57,960 nucleotides of DNA from Chara braunii (GCA_003427395.1 BFEA01000019.1:735889-793848), one strand, 5' to 3'; positions 1-14,118 are shown, counted from the first letter of the stretch. The notes: generated from the sequence alone by a model not told the origin. Numbers and translations: made by a program.

Positions 1-707
1 GTATGCCATAACAGCCCACTTGCACGCTGTGAGAGAGGCAAAGTGAAGGGGAAGGTGTTAAACACAGGGAAAAGCTCAAGAATGAGGCTGTCCTTGACGA
101 CAGAAAGGACACACATTGTAAGGATGGGGTGGATGTATATCGTCACATGAATATCAGAGCGCAAAAGCGAAAAAAAAAGAAAACGAAAAAAAAGAAAAGA
201 ATGAATTCGGTTTTTATCTTCTTCCTTACAACTCCACCGTCAGAACCTCTTGCGTACAAGGCCGCCCACGTGGATGTAGGTTGAGTGGCGGCTGCCCCCA
301 CCCCCGTGTGTTGACTAAGAGCGCAAGCACGTGAAGTAGAAGAAGAAATAAGATGAGCAAAGGAAGAAAAATGAAAGGACAGACAGGCAAAGAGAAACAA
401 ACTAGAATGACACAAAACAGTGTCCTCTTCTTCTTTGTTACACTGTATTCTTACTTCTTTCAGTGTTTTACAAAATGTTTTTACACTGAACAAAGGACAA
501 AAATAAAAAACAAAGACACATTGACATCATTCAATTTCTCAGTCTTCTTAAGACCTCCACCGTGCCTCTAACGTACAAGGCCCACCACGTTGATGAAGTT
601 GAGCGCGAGCTGCCCCCTATAGTCATAGGGTACAACCCGGTGAACCACAGGCATGAAGGGATTAAAGGATAAGAAACCGGAGGCCGCGACACTGCCGATA
701 ACCGTAC

Positions 708-869
708 CTTGGTGAGCATGACCACAATGAATCCACTTTCTGTGATGTTGTTTTCCACCAATGACGTCTCATCCTTCAGAACCTTCCCCTGATATATCAG
801 CACTTGGTTTTCCATCGGGTACATCTCCTTCCCCTGAGAATCTTGAATTTTCTCCTTCACATTGCGCAC
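708..869 (-). CDS. RAD23: RAD23 coding exon 2 (ubiquitin-like domain); gene continues beyond window start
   Basis: Translates VRNVKEKIQDSQGKEMYPMENQVLIYQGKVLKDETSLVENNITESGFIVVMLTK, a plant RAD23-type UBL. Acceptor ctgtAG and donor AAG|GTACGG; 162 nt, phase 0. Confidence 0.93.
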
Positions 870-1287
870 CTACAGCACAAGACCGCACACAAAGTGACGA
901 GTCCTTATCCATCAGCCAAATACATCCTGGGCAGACTCTGTTAGGGTTTAACCTCCAGACGAGTCGATGAAAGTCCAACAAATCAATCTGGAACAGTCAT
1001 GGTCTATGGAGCTGTCTATACCGAAAAAGACAAAACACAACCGCACACGCACACAAACACTCTCTCTCTCTCTCTCTCTCTCAAAATCAGCGGGGGGGGT
1101 ACACCGTTGTCCAGTTAAACCATAAAGCACCCACTCTGTCAACTTGCACAAATAGACAAATGTTTGTCTGCTACTTGCGGGCAATATCCAAAAGGGAAAA
1201 CTAACTTTGGCACTCTTGTTACCGCATCTCCCCGTTGTTGTGGCCAGATACATTCACTGACGTCCTACTTTGTGTATGCCTACACAT

Positions 1288-1746
1288 CAGAGATGAGCAA
1301 CGGGTACCCAGACCCAGACCCACCCCACCCACGAGGGATTGGGTCAGGTGTGGGTCTTGATAAAGCTGGCATGGGTGGGATGAGGGTGAGGGTCTAGGCA
1401 AGCCAGCCTGGGTGAGTGACGGGTGGGTCAATGTTAGGCCTGGGTCACCCGAATGGGTGGGTGACAGGCGGGTGAGCGCTAGGCCTGGGTCACCCGACCC
1501 ACAGACCCAGGACAACCCATAAGAACAAGCCCACCCTCAAAAAAAAATTAAAAAAAATAATCAAGGTGACCCAACCCATCGAAGCGTTTTTTTGAAATTT
1601 TCCTCCCACACCCAACCCGCCCGTCACCTGTAAAAAAAACTTCACCCTGACCCACCCACACCTACGAGAACAGGATTACCCGCCCGCACCCTGGACCTAA
1701 TTATTTTCCACCCACACCCACCCCTTCCCCATTGTCTGCCCCTTTG
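1288..1746 (+). mobile_element. Non-autonomous DNA element with hAT-like terminus; inverted sister copy at about 3040-3397
   Basis: CAGAGATGAGCAACGGGTACCC start with ACCC/GGGT subterminal motifs; the reverse-complement end gggtacccattgcgcatctctg is at 3376-3397. No clear TSD. Confidence 0.5.
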
Positions 1747-2305
1747 AACATTTACACGCACCATAGCCGCATAGCAACATGACATCCTTCAATGACAGCG
1801 CAAAAATTCAAAGCAGCTGCACCTTGCGCCATCCTTGAATGACGGTGCAAATTTTGAAGCACTCCACAAGTTTGACATTTGGGAGCGAACCTTGCCACCT
1901 GCTGTGGTTAGGTTGGGAGCTATGTGTGTCTGGCATACCTAAAAACAACAAAAAAAAAAGCACTCGCATACAAATGTGGTTAGGTTGGGAACTAGGTGTG
2001 TCTGGCATACCTACAAAAAAAAAAAATGTACTCGCATACAAAGCATTGTACACAAGTACAAGACAGGCTTTGTACTCGTATGTGCGCGACCCGCGCCAGT
2101 AGTTTTCACGGGTTGTTAGGGAATGAAAAAAAGAAAAAAACATTGGGTGACAGCCCCGTGAGGGCAGTATCAGGAGGGAAAAAAAAAAAAGAGAGTATTC
2201 TTAGGATTTTTTTTTCCTTCCGAAAATAGGTTTTTTTGTGGCATAGGCATCGATAGCGCCCACAGCCCGGAACTTTGGTGGAGGCTCTGGAGGGCGTTCC
2301 CTCTG

Positions 2306-2368
<63 letters not shown>

Positions 2369-4949
2369 TCTGTCCCATAGAGTGATCAGATAGATCGGAT
2401 TGATCGGTCCAATCAACCAATCAATCAATCAACCAATCTATCCATGATCAACCTTTTCTTTTATTTAATAATAAATGAGTCAGACCAAGGAAAAGAAAAA
2501 GGGAAATTGTTGAAATGCCCCTGAGAGTTGGGTATTTCGTCTCATCCCCCTAAAAGGCATGGTTATGGCAAAATGCCCCTATGACAGTGGTGAAACTTTG
2601 TGAAATACCCCACTCGCCAATTGCACCTGTCATCTTTTGCATATACCCCTACAGGACCCTGGGCAACTTGTCTATATGCCCTGGCATTTCTGGCCGTTGG
2701 ACCCTGCAAATGGCAAAAGAAACACACACTGGCAGCCCAGGGACATGGCATATGGCAAAGTTGCCCATGAGCGGGATGGGCGCACATGCAGAAGTTTGTG
2801 CTGAACAGGGCAGTTTGTGCACTGGCCCAGTCAGCAGATTGGCCAATCTAGGTCTGTAATCCCCAACAACCCGCAACAGAACCCCCCCCCCCCCCCCCCC
2901 CCCCNNNNNNNNNNNNNNNNNNNNNNNNNNNNNNNNNNNNNNNNNNNNNNNNNNNNNNNNNNNNNNNNNNNNNNNNNNNNNNNNNNNNNNNNNNNNNNNN
3001 NNNNNNNNNNNNNNNNNNNNNNNNNNNNNNNNNNNNNNAACTTGCGTGGCTCTTTTTTGGGGGGGGACCACCACTTCGTTTTTCCAGGGGGTGGAGACTT
3101 TCTGTTTCCTGGGCTTCCAACTTTTGAAGTCCACAGGTGGACCGCAGCTCGAACATATGCATGTGTGTGGGGGGTGGGGGGGAGCGGGGGGGGAGGGGGT
3201 TCTTATGTGTTGTCCTGGTTCTGTGGGTTGGGTGACCCAGGCCTAGTGCTCACCCACCTGTCACCCACCCATTTGGGTGCCCACCCTTAGCCCACCCATG
3301 CCAGTTTATCCAGACCCACACCTGACCCAATGCCTCGTGGGTGGGGTGGGTGCAGGTGGGTGTGGGTGTGGGTCTGGGTACCCATTGCGCATCTCTGTGC
3401 AGCGCATACTGCTCCTGCTTTTCTTCATTCACGGGTTAAGTGAAACAAACATGGGGCCTAAGGAAAATCACAAGCAGCATTCTCTCCTCTCCTTTTGCTA
3501 CTCTCCTTCTCTCCTTCTCTTCTCATGTTTCTCTCCTCTCTCCTCTCCTTCTCCTCCTCTTCTTTCTTTTCTCTCCTTTACTAACTTTAACATTAAAAAT
3601 ATCAACGACAAGCATGCGAACCATATATAACTACTTTAAGACGGATTAGCAAACCACGTTTAAGGAGTTACTCTAGTTATCAAGATATACCTAAACTGCT
3701 GGGAGGCATCAATCTCCTTTCTCTACTTTCTCTCTTTCTCTTTCTCACCTTTCTCCCCTACTTTCACTTCTCCTTTCTCTTTCCTTTCTCTCTCCTTTCT
3801 CATCTCCTTATCTTCTCTCATCTCCTTATCTTCTCTCATCTTCTTTCTCTCCTCTCCTCTCCTTTTTCTTCTTCTCTCGCCTTTCCTCTCCTCTCCTTTC
3901 TCTACTTCCTCTCTCCTTCCCCTTTCTCTTCTCTGCTCCCTCCTTTCGCTCCTCTCCCCGTTCTCTCCTCTCTCCTTCTCTGCTCCCTCCTTTCGCTCCT
4001 CTCCCCTTCCTCTCCTCTCCCCTTCCTCTCCTCCCTTCTTTCTCTCCTTCTCTCCTTGTCTCTCCTGCTTTCCTATCTCCTTTCCTATCTCCTGTTCTTT
4101 CCCTCCTTCCTCCGTTTTGTCTTCTTTCTCTCCTTGTCTCCATTATCCTCTCCTTCTCTCCTTTCCCCTCCTCTCTCCTCTCGTTTCTCCTTTCCCTTTG
4201 TCTCCTTTCCCTTCCTCTCCTTTCTCCTTCCCCCTTCCTCTCCTTTCTCTCCTCTTTCTCCTTTCCCTCTGCGTCCACCACATTTCACCATCCCGCTTGC
4301 ACAGGCAGCAGACGAGAAACACCATTGCGACTGTAAGTTCTCTGTCAACAGACCCGATGAAGTCCATCTCGACACAGTGGGGAGGGACAGGAGGGTTAAA
4401 ATAAGCTGAACGCTATAAGACGCAGACGTGAGAGAAAGAGAAAAGCAGCAGGAGAAGACCCGCATGAGGCCATAACGAGGAAACGACGAGGAAAAGGGAG
4501 GCACTAGTAGCGCCTCGACGCATGGAGGGAACGAGAGAAAAGAGAGACTCGAAAGAAACAGATGACATAGAGGCATGCAGGGAGAGAGAAAAAAAGAGAG
4601 AGGGTAGACGGAAGAGCCCATGAGAAAAGAGCCATGGGACAGAGAGAGAGAAGAGAAAGGTAGAGAGACCGAGAAAGGGAAAAGGGGAGGAAGACGTAAA
4701 CGGCGCAAAGAGGGTGCGAAACGAGAGACATGGGAGAGAGCAGGAATGACAGAGCAGGATGAGACAGGCAAGGGTAGGAATGACAGAGCAGGATGAGAGA
4801 GGCAAGGGTAACGGCGATTGGAGAACCGAAACAGAAAGGAGGGGGGAGGGGGGGGCAGGAGAGAGAGAGAGAGAGAGAGAGGTGGAAAAAGGAAAGGTGG
4901 TTGAGAAAAGCAGGAGAGATCGAAATAGCAAACGAGTTGACGGAATAGC

Positions 4950-6370
4950 AAACGGATCAGATGCATCACGACTGATCTGACATTTCGAATGAATCGTGAT
5001 CAGTACTAGCTCCAGATGCATTCAGAATGCTGTTCAGTGGAGCGAGGCCCAAAAGGAGAGGCCCTGATGCAAGGAAGGTAAGGGATTGCAACATTGGACC
5101 GACAAAGGGGAGAGAGAGAGCGAGAGGGGAAAGAAAATGGAAAGAAGAGGGAAAGAAAAGGGAAGGAGAAGGGACAGAAAAGGGAAGGAGAAGGGGAATG
5201 ACAATACGGAAAAAAAAAANNNNNNNNNNNNNNNNNNNNNNNNNNNNNNNNNNAAATACAGCTATAATGACCCCGCCCACGACTACACCTGTCTCTTATA
5301 CACATCTAGATGTGTATAAGAGACAGGGATAAGGTACCGTCATCACCCCTTCAACGACAACAGCGAGGTCTTTTTCCTACCCGGGAACGCGAGAAAGGAA
5401 CGTATCCTAACCGGGATCAACTGAAAAACGAAAGACGAGGGTAAAACCGTAAGTAGAGAAGTTAACCTTGTAAGCAGATGATGACAAAAAAAAAGAGCTG
5501 AGAACGCAACAACGATCGGATAAGGACAGGGAAAAAGAAGAGCGGAAAAAACGACATGGACAAGGAGTTGATGAATGCAGATAAACGGCTATAAGAATAT
5601 AACAAGCTGATAAAAAAAAGCACGGGGAAAAAAAAAAGAACAGCTGATGAAGTACATCAGAGAGGAGCGAATTACGTGCAAGTGAAAGTGCTAGACGACA
5701 TTCTACATTCACCTTTGGCTGTAAAACGGATCAGATGCATTACGACTGATCTGTCATTTCGAATGAATCGGAATCAGAACCCGCTCCAGATACATTTAGA
5801 ATGTTGTCCAGCAGAGAGCGATTCCCAAACAGTGGATTGAGTAGTAAGCCTAATATTGTAAATATACATCAAAGCGCGCAAAAGTCAGTCGGATCGACAG
5901 CAGCGAAAAAGAGGAACTTGGCAGTGAAACGGATCAGATGCATTGCCACTGATCTGACACTTCGAATGAATCGGGATCAGAACCAGCTCCAGATACATTC
6001 AGAATGCTTTCCAGTGGAGCGAGGCCCAAACAGTGGGGATTTAGTAAGCAAGCCTAATAAATAAATCCCCAAGCATACATCAAAGCGCGCAAAAGTCAGT
6101 CAACAGCGGCGAAACAGAGGAACTTGGCCGTGGAACGGGTCAGATGCATTTACGGCTGACCTGACATTTCAAATGAATCGAGATCGGGATCAGTACCAGC
6201 TCCAGCGGCGAAACAGAGGAACTTAGCTGTGGAACGGGTCAGATGCATTACGGCTGATCTGACATTTCGAATGAATCGGGATCAGTACCAGCTCCACATA
6301 CATTTAGACTGTTGTCCACTGGAGTGACGCCCACTAAACCAAAATATACATCAAAGCGCACCAAAGTCAG
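4950..6370. repeat. Local repeat cluster (aacggatcagatgcatt..gactgatctgacatttcgaatgaatcg..atcag) x5
   Basis: Copies at about 4951, 5725, 5928, 6134 and 6233. Confidence 0.85.
5289..5326. other. Nextera mate-pair junction adapter (assembly artefact)
   Basis: Exact CTGTCTCTTATACACATCT+AGATGTGTATAAGAGACAG next to an N gap. Confidence 0.97.
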
Positions 6371-7823
6371 TGGACTTGAAATCGTCGAAACAGAGGAATC
6401 GTCCTCAAAAAGTCATACCGTCTTTCCCCGAACACAACGCACCCCGATCACGAATGCATACGAAGCACTTTTTCCCAGACCAACACAGCCACAATGACGG
6501 TGCGTTCTATTCGGGGGAAGACAGCAGTGATGGGAAGAGAAAAGGGGACAGGAGAGTTATGGAACACGACGACCAGAGAGCAAGCAGAGAGAGCTTTAAA
6601 TAACACAAAAAAAAAGGCCGTGAACTCGCTAGCTAGAGAACGATTAGTCACATCAATGATACTTTTTTTTTTTTTTTCAATACAGAACCTTGTGGTCCTG
6701 GCCCCTTTTCCATTATGGGGAGCATCAGTCCGGTTAATGATACTTTTTTATATTTTTTCAAGCATCGATTTAGTTTCTGACACTATCAGAGACGAAGATG
6801 GGTCACAGAGTAAGAAATAGACGGATAGAGAGGGAAAAGAGAGAGAACATTTTGATCTCGACAGCATCTGCTCTGGATCCTGCTGTTATGATAATAACAA
6901 AATCATCAGCATATCTTACATGGAAGAGTCTTTTGAAACCCGGCCGGATCCATCGGATCTGAGGAAAAAAAATAAAAGGAGAAGATGAGAGACAGAGAAA
7001 GCAATCTTAAGGAAACACGACGACCAGAGAGCAGAGAGAGCGGAAGATAACACACAAAGAAGAGCCGTGGGCTCGCTAGCTAGAGAAAGAGTAGTCACAG
7101 CAATGATACATTTTCCTATTTTTTCAAGCATCGATTTAATTAAATTAATTTAGATTACTCACATCAATGATACATTTTTTTTATTTTTTCAAGCATCGAT
7201 TTAATTTCTGACACTATCAGAGACGAGGATGGGTCACAGAGTACGAAAGAAATAGACGGATAGAGAGGGAAAAGAGAGAGAAAAAAAAAGAAGAGGAGAG
7301 AACCTGAGAGAAAGCAATCTTAAGGATTAAAAAAAAAGGCGCAGAGAGAAAATGAGATGAAGGTGGAATGCAACGAAACGAGGGGGAGCACGTAATCGTC
7401 GCCGGCAATGAAATCAAAAAAGAAATCACAGAAGAACGACAAAATTGCAGGTCTGCCACGAAAACAGCAGGCAAATCACGAAATTACCCCTCCAAGAGAC
7501 GAACGAGCAGATGCATTACCCCGTCTTCTTCACTCAAACAGAACGCCCGGTCAGTATAGCTATATTTGGGCCAAGTTTCAGTGCAGATGCAGCGATAATG
7601 ACCGGGTGGTCAATTCGGGCAAAGACGGTAATGCGGGGGGGAGCTAGGCTGCCCAATCGAAAATGAAGACAGTGAGACATGGGCTGTGACTAACATACGA
7701 GTCGCCAAGAAAAGGTTTCTCTCTCTCACCCTCTCTCTCTCTCTCTCTCTCTCTCGCACACACACACACACACACACACAAACATACACATGGATGATCA
7801 AAGTGCGATTCACTCCTCGCCGG

Positions 7824-7905
<82 letters not shown>

Positions 7906-8819
7906 TACACATGGATGATCGAAGTGCGATTCACTCCTTTCTGGACATGGTAGAACAGGCGGGAACAAAAAGGAAAGCGGGAACAATTGAAGTGGGGGCG
8001 GTATTGACGTCCGTCTTCCTCCGAACAGAAGACGAGTGGCAAATATGCACAGGTAGAAGTGATGGAACTCGATTCCGGCATTATTGAGCACATACAACGA
8101 CCAAAATTGAAAAAAAAAAAAAAAAAAAAAAAGCACATCCGACGACCAAGATTAAAGCCTCCGGAGGAGTGCAACGCCCTCCTGCTCTTGCTGCCAACCA
8201 GCCGGCAGCAGCTGCCGAAGAAGTTGGACGACCGCACTATCCCAGTCAAAGCAAGAAAAAGGCAACCTATACCTGTTCACTGCCAGTTCCAACGTCTTCT
8301 TGCGAATAGACCGTATGGTGATTATGACTGAATCTAGACCATAAGTGGGCCCAAATACAGCTACAGTGACCATACGTTCGCGGGAAAAAAGACGGATGTC
8401 GAGACGCATTCTCCCTTTGCGCTCAGTTCGACGCTGGAGGCCGTATGGTCATTATGACAATCTAGACCAAAAGTGGCCCCAAATACAGCTACACGGACTG
8501 TATCTAGACCAAAAAGTGGCCCCAAATACAGCTACAATGACTGTATCTAGACCAAAAGTGCCCCCAAAATACAGCTACAATGACCGCTCTGTTCGACGCG
8601 GGAGGAGTGCGGCCGACGAGACAGCAGGGGCTGACTGACAACACTGACCATCCTTCCCCCGAATGGAACGCAGGTCGCACGTCTTGTCTCCCGAACAGAA
8701 CGCAGATTACAACACCCTGCCCTGTCTCCCGAATAGAGCACAGGTTCCATATCCTACCTCTACGCATTAACTACGGATCAGTGAACTTAACGACTACCGA
8801 TTTTTTTCCCACAGCAAGA

Positions 8820-9470
8820 CATGCTCAATACATGTGTGCGTGTTCATCACCTCTTACGTACAAGGCCAGTCACGTGGATGACATCGTCACATGAATATCA
8901 GAGCGCAAAGGGGAAAAAAACAAAAAACAACAAGAAAAAAATAATTCGTTTTTTTCCTTCCTTACAACTCCCCCTGTTCAGAACCTCCTCTTGCGTACAA
9001 GGCCGCCCACGTGGATGTGGGTTGAGCGGCGGCTGCCCCCACCCCCGTGTGTCATATCGACCCACTTGCACACAGCCAAAGGATATATCCAGCAACAGAA
9101 AGATGTCTCTCCACTCCCAATAATCTAAATGCACATATATATCGTCTATGCATATATATTGTCACAAGAATATCAGAGCGCAAATGCGAAAAAAAGAAAA
9201 AAAGAAAGAAAAACAGTCTATGCATATATGCATATATCATCACATGAATATGAGAGCGCAAAAGCGAAAAAAAAAAAAAAAAGAATAAATACGTTTTTTT
9301 ATATCTTCTTCCTTACAACTCCCCCTGTTCAGAACCTCTTGCGTACAAGGCCGCCCACGTGGATGTATATATATATGCATATAATTGTCACATGAATATC
9401 AGAGCGCAAAGGCGAAAAAAACAGAAGAAAACAACAAAAAATAATTCGTTTTTTTTATATATGCATACAT
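8820..9470. repeat. Clustered copies of a second interspersed family (tatcgtcacatgaatatcagagcgcaaa...cttacaactccccc...gtacaaggccgcccacgtggatg)
   Basis: Repeated at about 138-310, 8880-9070, 9160, 9240-9365, 9385 and 9735-9830; diverged copy at about 21170-21510. Confidence 0.8.
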
Positions 9471-9477
9471 GTATACA

Positions 9478-9725
9478 TATCGTCCTAGAGAACTGCCCGG
9501 TGAACCGTAGGCAGAGAGGGAGAGGAGGACAACGAAACCGAGGGGCTGTGACAGACTTTCGTCGGAGCTTCACCCACTCATCAGGAGGTTGAACCCTCTA
9601 CAGTCTACAGGGGTCCCTTCACCGACGATGATACGGTAATCATAATCCACCATAACCACGGTCGCGGTTGAGCATCAACGACTGCCCCAGAACTGATACC
9701 CCGAAGGGAACAACCACTATACACC
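9478..9725 (-). mobile_element. Dispersed copy of the hammerhead element (2-nt deletion after GAAA)
   Basis: AGACUGUA GAGG..CCUC CUGAUGA GUGGG..CCGAC GAAA GUCU at about 9552-9606; flanked by TA-rich runs. Confidence 0.75.
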
Positions 9726-9967
9726 CATATATATCGTCACATGAAATACATATACATATCGTCACAAATATATCGGAGCGCAAAAGCGAAATATGTATAT
9801 ATATTGTCACACTGTGAATCGGAGCGCAAAGGCGGAAAAAGACTAAACAAAAAAGGGAAAGAAGGAAGAAAAAGCTCCGCCTGTTCATCACCTCTTATAC
9901 ACGAGCATATACATATACACATATATACATATATATACGCGCGTACGCATATGTGCATCTACATATA

Positions 9968-10085
9968 TCTCTTGATGAGTCGTTGAAGCTCCCGATGAAA
10001 CAGTTTGTCACAGCCCCTCGTTTGTTGTCCTCTTCCCCCTCCCTCTCTGCCCCTACGGTTTACCGGACAGTTCTGTCTGACGATA
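9968..10085 (+). mobile_element. Inverted, 5'-truncated copy of the hammerhead element
   Basis: ttgatgagtcg...gaaacagtttgtcacagcccctcg...cctacggtttaccggacagttctgtctgacgatata. Confidence 0.7.
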
Positions 10086-10154
10086 TACATGACTGCTACA
10101 CGATTTGACCGACATTTTCTCTCCCACTCCCCTCTCCCAAAGCACCCCCTATCC

Positions 10155-10195
<41 letters not shown>

Positions 10196-10264
10196 GTCTC
10201 CCAAAGAGCGCCCTATGCATTCTCTCTCTCTCCCTCTCTCTCGTCTCCCAAAGAGCGCCCTCTG

Positions 10265-10315
<51 letters not shown>

Positions 10316-10368
10316 GTCTCTTATACCCACCCCGCCAGATCAGACCTAGCTTTCCAGTGGTGACNNNN

Positions 10369-10445
<77 letters not shown>

Positions 10446-11087
10446 GCATAAGATATACATATGCATACACAATATACCTCTCAAACAAGATCGACCTACC
10501 CATCTCCATCACGATCTTGTAGGTATGCGTACCGCACCTCTCACACACACATGCACGACGCATACTCGGACGCACACAGACCCCACTCCCCCCCCCCCCC
10601 CCCCCACCCCTCTCTTACAAATTCTCCCTAACCTAACAGGGAATGTAAAGGTGGGGGTCGGGACGGAGTACACCCTCCCACCTACTCCTGCCTTCTCCCC
10701 TGACGAGAAACATCTACTCCCCAAACCCCTTCACGACATGGTCGTACCCTCATTACCGTCCCCCATTCCAAAACAGATAGCACCTCGTTCACCTCCATTC
10801 CCCCTTCGCTCCCTTCCCATCTCAAATCCACAATACCAATCTCAATGTCTTCTCCTGGATTTACATTATCACCAACTCATTTAAACGAACTCTTTTGAGG
10901 CCCAGCCTCCTGCATTCCTCCACAAGAAATAATCAATCAATCAATCAATTCTTTCCTTAGCGCTGTTAGTTAACATATTCAACCACCTCAGAAGACATAC
11001 TATAGAGTGACACTTACAGACACATCTTTAAGAGCAGAGCAGTTACGGTTTCCAAAATTTTTCGACAATAGGAGACAGAGGACACTA

Positions 11088-11192
11088 CTGTCTTCCCCCG
11101 AACACAACGCACCCTCAGTATGGCTGTACCGGGCCAGAAACGTAGCTTGTATACCTTCGTTATCAGGGTGCGTTATGTTCGGGGGAAGACTG
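11088..11192. mobile_element. Same MITE family; further copies at about 6418-6524, 7521-7628 and 11767-11874
   Basis: TA|ctgtcttcccccgaacacaacgcaccct...agggtgcgttatgttcgggggaagactg|TA. Confidence 0.8.
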
Positions 11193-11920
11193 TAGGAGAA
11201 TACTAGAACCACATAGAGAAGACCACCTACAGGACACTACTGTCCGTCTTCCGCCGAAGATAACCCCTCATCTTGACTGTATCGGACCGGAAATCGAGCT
11301 TGTATACCTTCACGATGAGAATGCGTTATTACATGTTAAATGACACAGCACTTAAAGAGGACAATTGCAGGACACCTAGAAAGCACTTACAGAACACTTC
11401 GAGCGCGCAGAGGACACTTGAGCACAGAAAACTTAAAAAAAAAAAACCTAGAAAGCACTTACAGAACACTTGGAGAACGCAGAGGATATTTGAGCACAGG
11501 AAACTTCACAAAAAAAAACTAAATAAATAAATAAAATCCATATAGAATACAATCTTATTTTTGGGTTACTAGAATTAATTAAAATTCTACAATAATTAAT
11601 TTTATTCAATCTCGAATAATCAATAAAGGATAGCCTATGTGTACTGAGCAACAACAGGCTCGAGCGGGCTAGCTGCCACCATATACCAATTAAAATGCCG
11701 TGAGACAGCTCGCTTCATATCTACCGTTGGTGATTTTTAAGAGAACTTTTTTTGAAGTCATCCCTACCGTGTTCACCGGAATAAAACGCCCGGCCATTAC
11801 AGCCGCGTATCTGGGCCAATTTTCTGTCCAGATGCAGCGATAACGACCGGGCGGTTCTATTCGGGTGACGACGGGAGTCCCGAGTGATTTGAAGAGAAAT
11901 GTGAGAAGCCATACCTAGGC

Positions 11921-12260
11921 TTCTTCCCCCGAATACACCGCGTACGGTCATTATATCTGTATATCTTGACTGAAAGGTGCCTCAAATACAGCTATAATGA
12001 CCCCCCCGAATACACCGCGTACGGTCATTATATGTGTATATCTAGACTGAAAGGTGCCTCAAATACAGCTATAATGACCCCGCCCACGACTACACCGTAC
12101 GGTCATTATATCTGTATATCTAGACTGAAAGGTGCCTCAAATACAGCTATAATGACCCCCCCCCGCGAATACACCGTACGGTCATTATATCTGTATATCT
12201 AGACTGAAAGTGCCTCAAATACAGCTATAATGACCGTACGTTGTATTCGGGGGAAGAAGG
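11921..12260. repeat. MITE with internally amplified units of about 75 bp
   Basis: cttcccccgaatacac...tattcgggggaag ends enclose four copies of cgtacggtcattata..tgtatatctagactgaaaggtgcctcaaatacagctataatgacc. Confidence 0.75.
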
Positions 12261-14118
12261 TAGCACGAGTGATTTGAAAGCACCACTACCTTTGCAAAAG
12301 TCAACCTCAGGTGGGCCTCCCATCTGTTAGGATTGGCCGAAACGAAACGACCGCCGCCGGATAGATTAATCGGCAGCCCGTCGTCGGGCGCAGCCCCAGA
12401 TTTTTTTTTATTTTTTTTTTTCCGCCCCAGATTTTTTAGAAATGGGATATGTTTTCGCGTTTTCCGAACAGCGGCGAAGTAGTGATGCTTGAAGAAAACG
12501 GAGAGAGAAGTCATCCCTAACGTAGTACGAGAGAACTGGGATGGGTCAGGGGAGGGATGAGTCACTTAAGAACACTTAAGAGCATCTGCAGACTTCAAGA
12601 CACCTGAGAGACAAGAGGACGCTCCGTGCAGTTAGTGGAAATTAGAGCACTCAGAACACTCAGAGCACTTGAGAGCACTCAGAGCACTTAAGAGCACTCA
12701 GAGCACTCAGAGCACTTCAGAGCACTCAGAGTACTCAGAGCACTTCAGAGTACTCAGAGTACTTCAGAGTACTCAGAGTACTCAGAGCACTCAGAGTACT
12801 CAGAGCACTTAAAAGAGGACACACGTAAGATCACTCAAGCACTTAAGAAATCTATGCGGCGGCGGTCGCTCAGTTATGTAAACGAGCAACTTAAAGAGGA
12901 CACACTTAAGATCACTCAAGCACTTAAGTGCATCTTGTTACGGGCACTCACAGCACTCAAAAGAGGACACTCAAAGAGAACACTTAAGAGAACAACACTC
13001 AAGAGCACTCAGAGGACACAGCAGACAAACCGAAAGACTCGCTTGCAGAGCACCTTAGCGGCACGTAGAGACTCAGAGGAGACACTTAAAGAGTATAGAC
13101 ACTTATTCCTCTTCCTCTTCATTCATTAATGACTACTTAGGTCCAATCCACCTCGATTCCTACCGACTGAATTCAGCGAGAACGGACCTGATTCCAGGGT
13201 ATTTAAATAAGGGCATGCGGATGCATCTGACCGGAAAAAGGACATGATTCGGTTGGGACAGAGTCGTAATGTCAGTCTGCCCTAATTGTTAAACCTTGTG
13301 AGTTTTTACATAACCTAAAGGACCACGTGTACGCTTCACTCATCCGATTCACGGACTTACAACGTTTTGCCACCTGTAAGACTGGGGAGAGGAGACTGAA
13401 GGACTGGGGGGACCACCACCACGACACCCCACGTGTCCTCCGCTCGAGCATCATCAGTTCCATACCACTGCGCGCCAAATTCGATTCTACAGTGCAGTGT
13501 GGCATGGGAAAAGCGAAAACTCCAGTTCAATAAAAGACTGCGCGCCAAGTTCGGGATAGCAACAGTTAAACACACTTCAATGCCACTGACACGCCAAGTT
13601 CGGGATAGGAACAGTTAACACACTTCAATGCCACTGCGCGCCGAAAGATTGACGATTGCCTGTCAGGTACAAGCCTGACCGTGGATTGCGCACCGCCTTG
13701 CCCATAACAGAGTGCAGGGGCATTACATCCATCTATGCATCCGGACTAACATCCGGACAAAGTTCAACATCAGATAGAGAAGAAATGATAAGGCGCGCGA
13801 ACGACGTTCCATTCGGGGGAAGACGATGGAGACCTGTCATCGGCCGCGATTGGTAATGTCGTAGAGGAGGAAAGACGGTGGACATTACATCTGTGTCCCA
13901 ACCAAATTTAAGATCAAATACAGAAATGAGAAGCAACAAATAAAGAGAAAGTCATAGAGCGATCGACGTTCACGGGAGCCCATGAGCACTCTAGACGCAG
14001 ACGGGAAATCATTAAACGCATCGTCAAGCGACTCACAGTGTCTGCTCACCTCCAGGACCTTCGATGACCGCACCTGATTGATTGTATGCAATGATTAGTT
14101 GCTCGCTTGCTTGCTTGC

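Noticed and set aside
5289-5326. Tn5 mosaic ends as a real transposon or horizontal transfer
   Set aside because: The head-to-head 38-mer beside gaps is the library adapter.
3826-5332. Long ORFs rich in E/R/K or S/L/F, and other ORFs crossing N gaps or (CT)n/(CA)n tracts
   Set aside because: Translations of low-complexity DNA or gaps.
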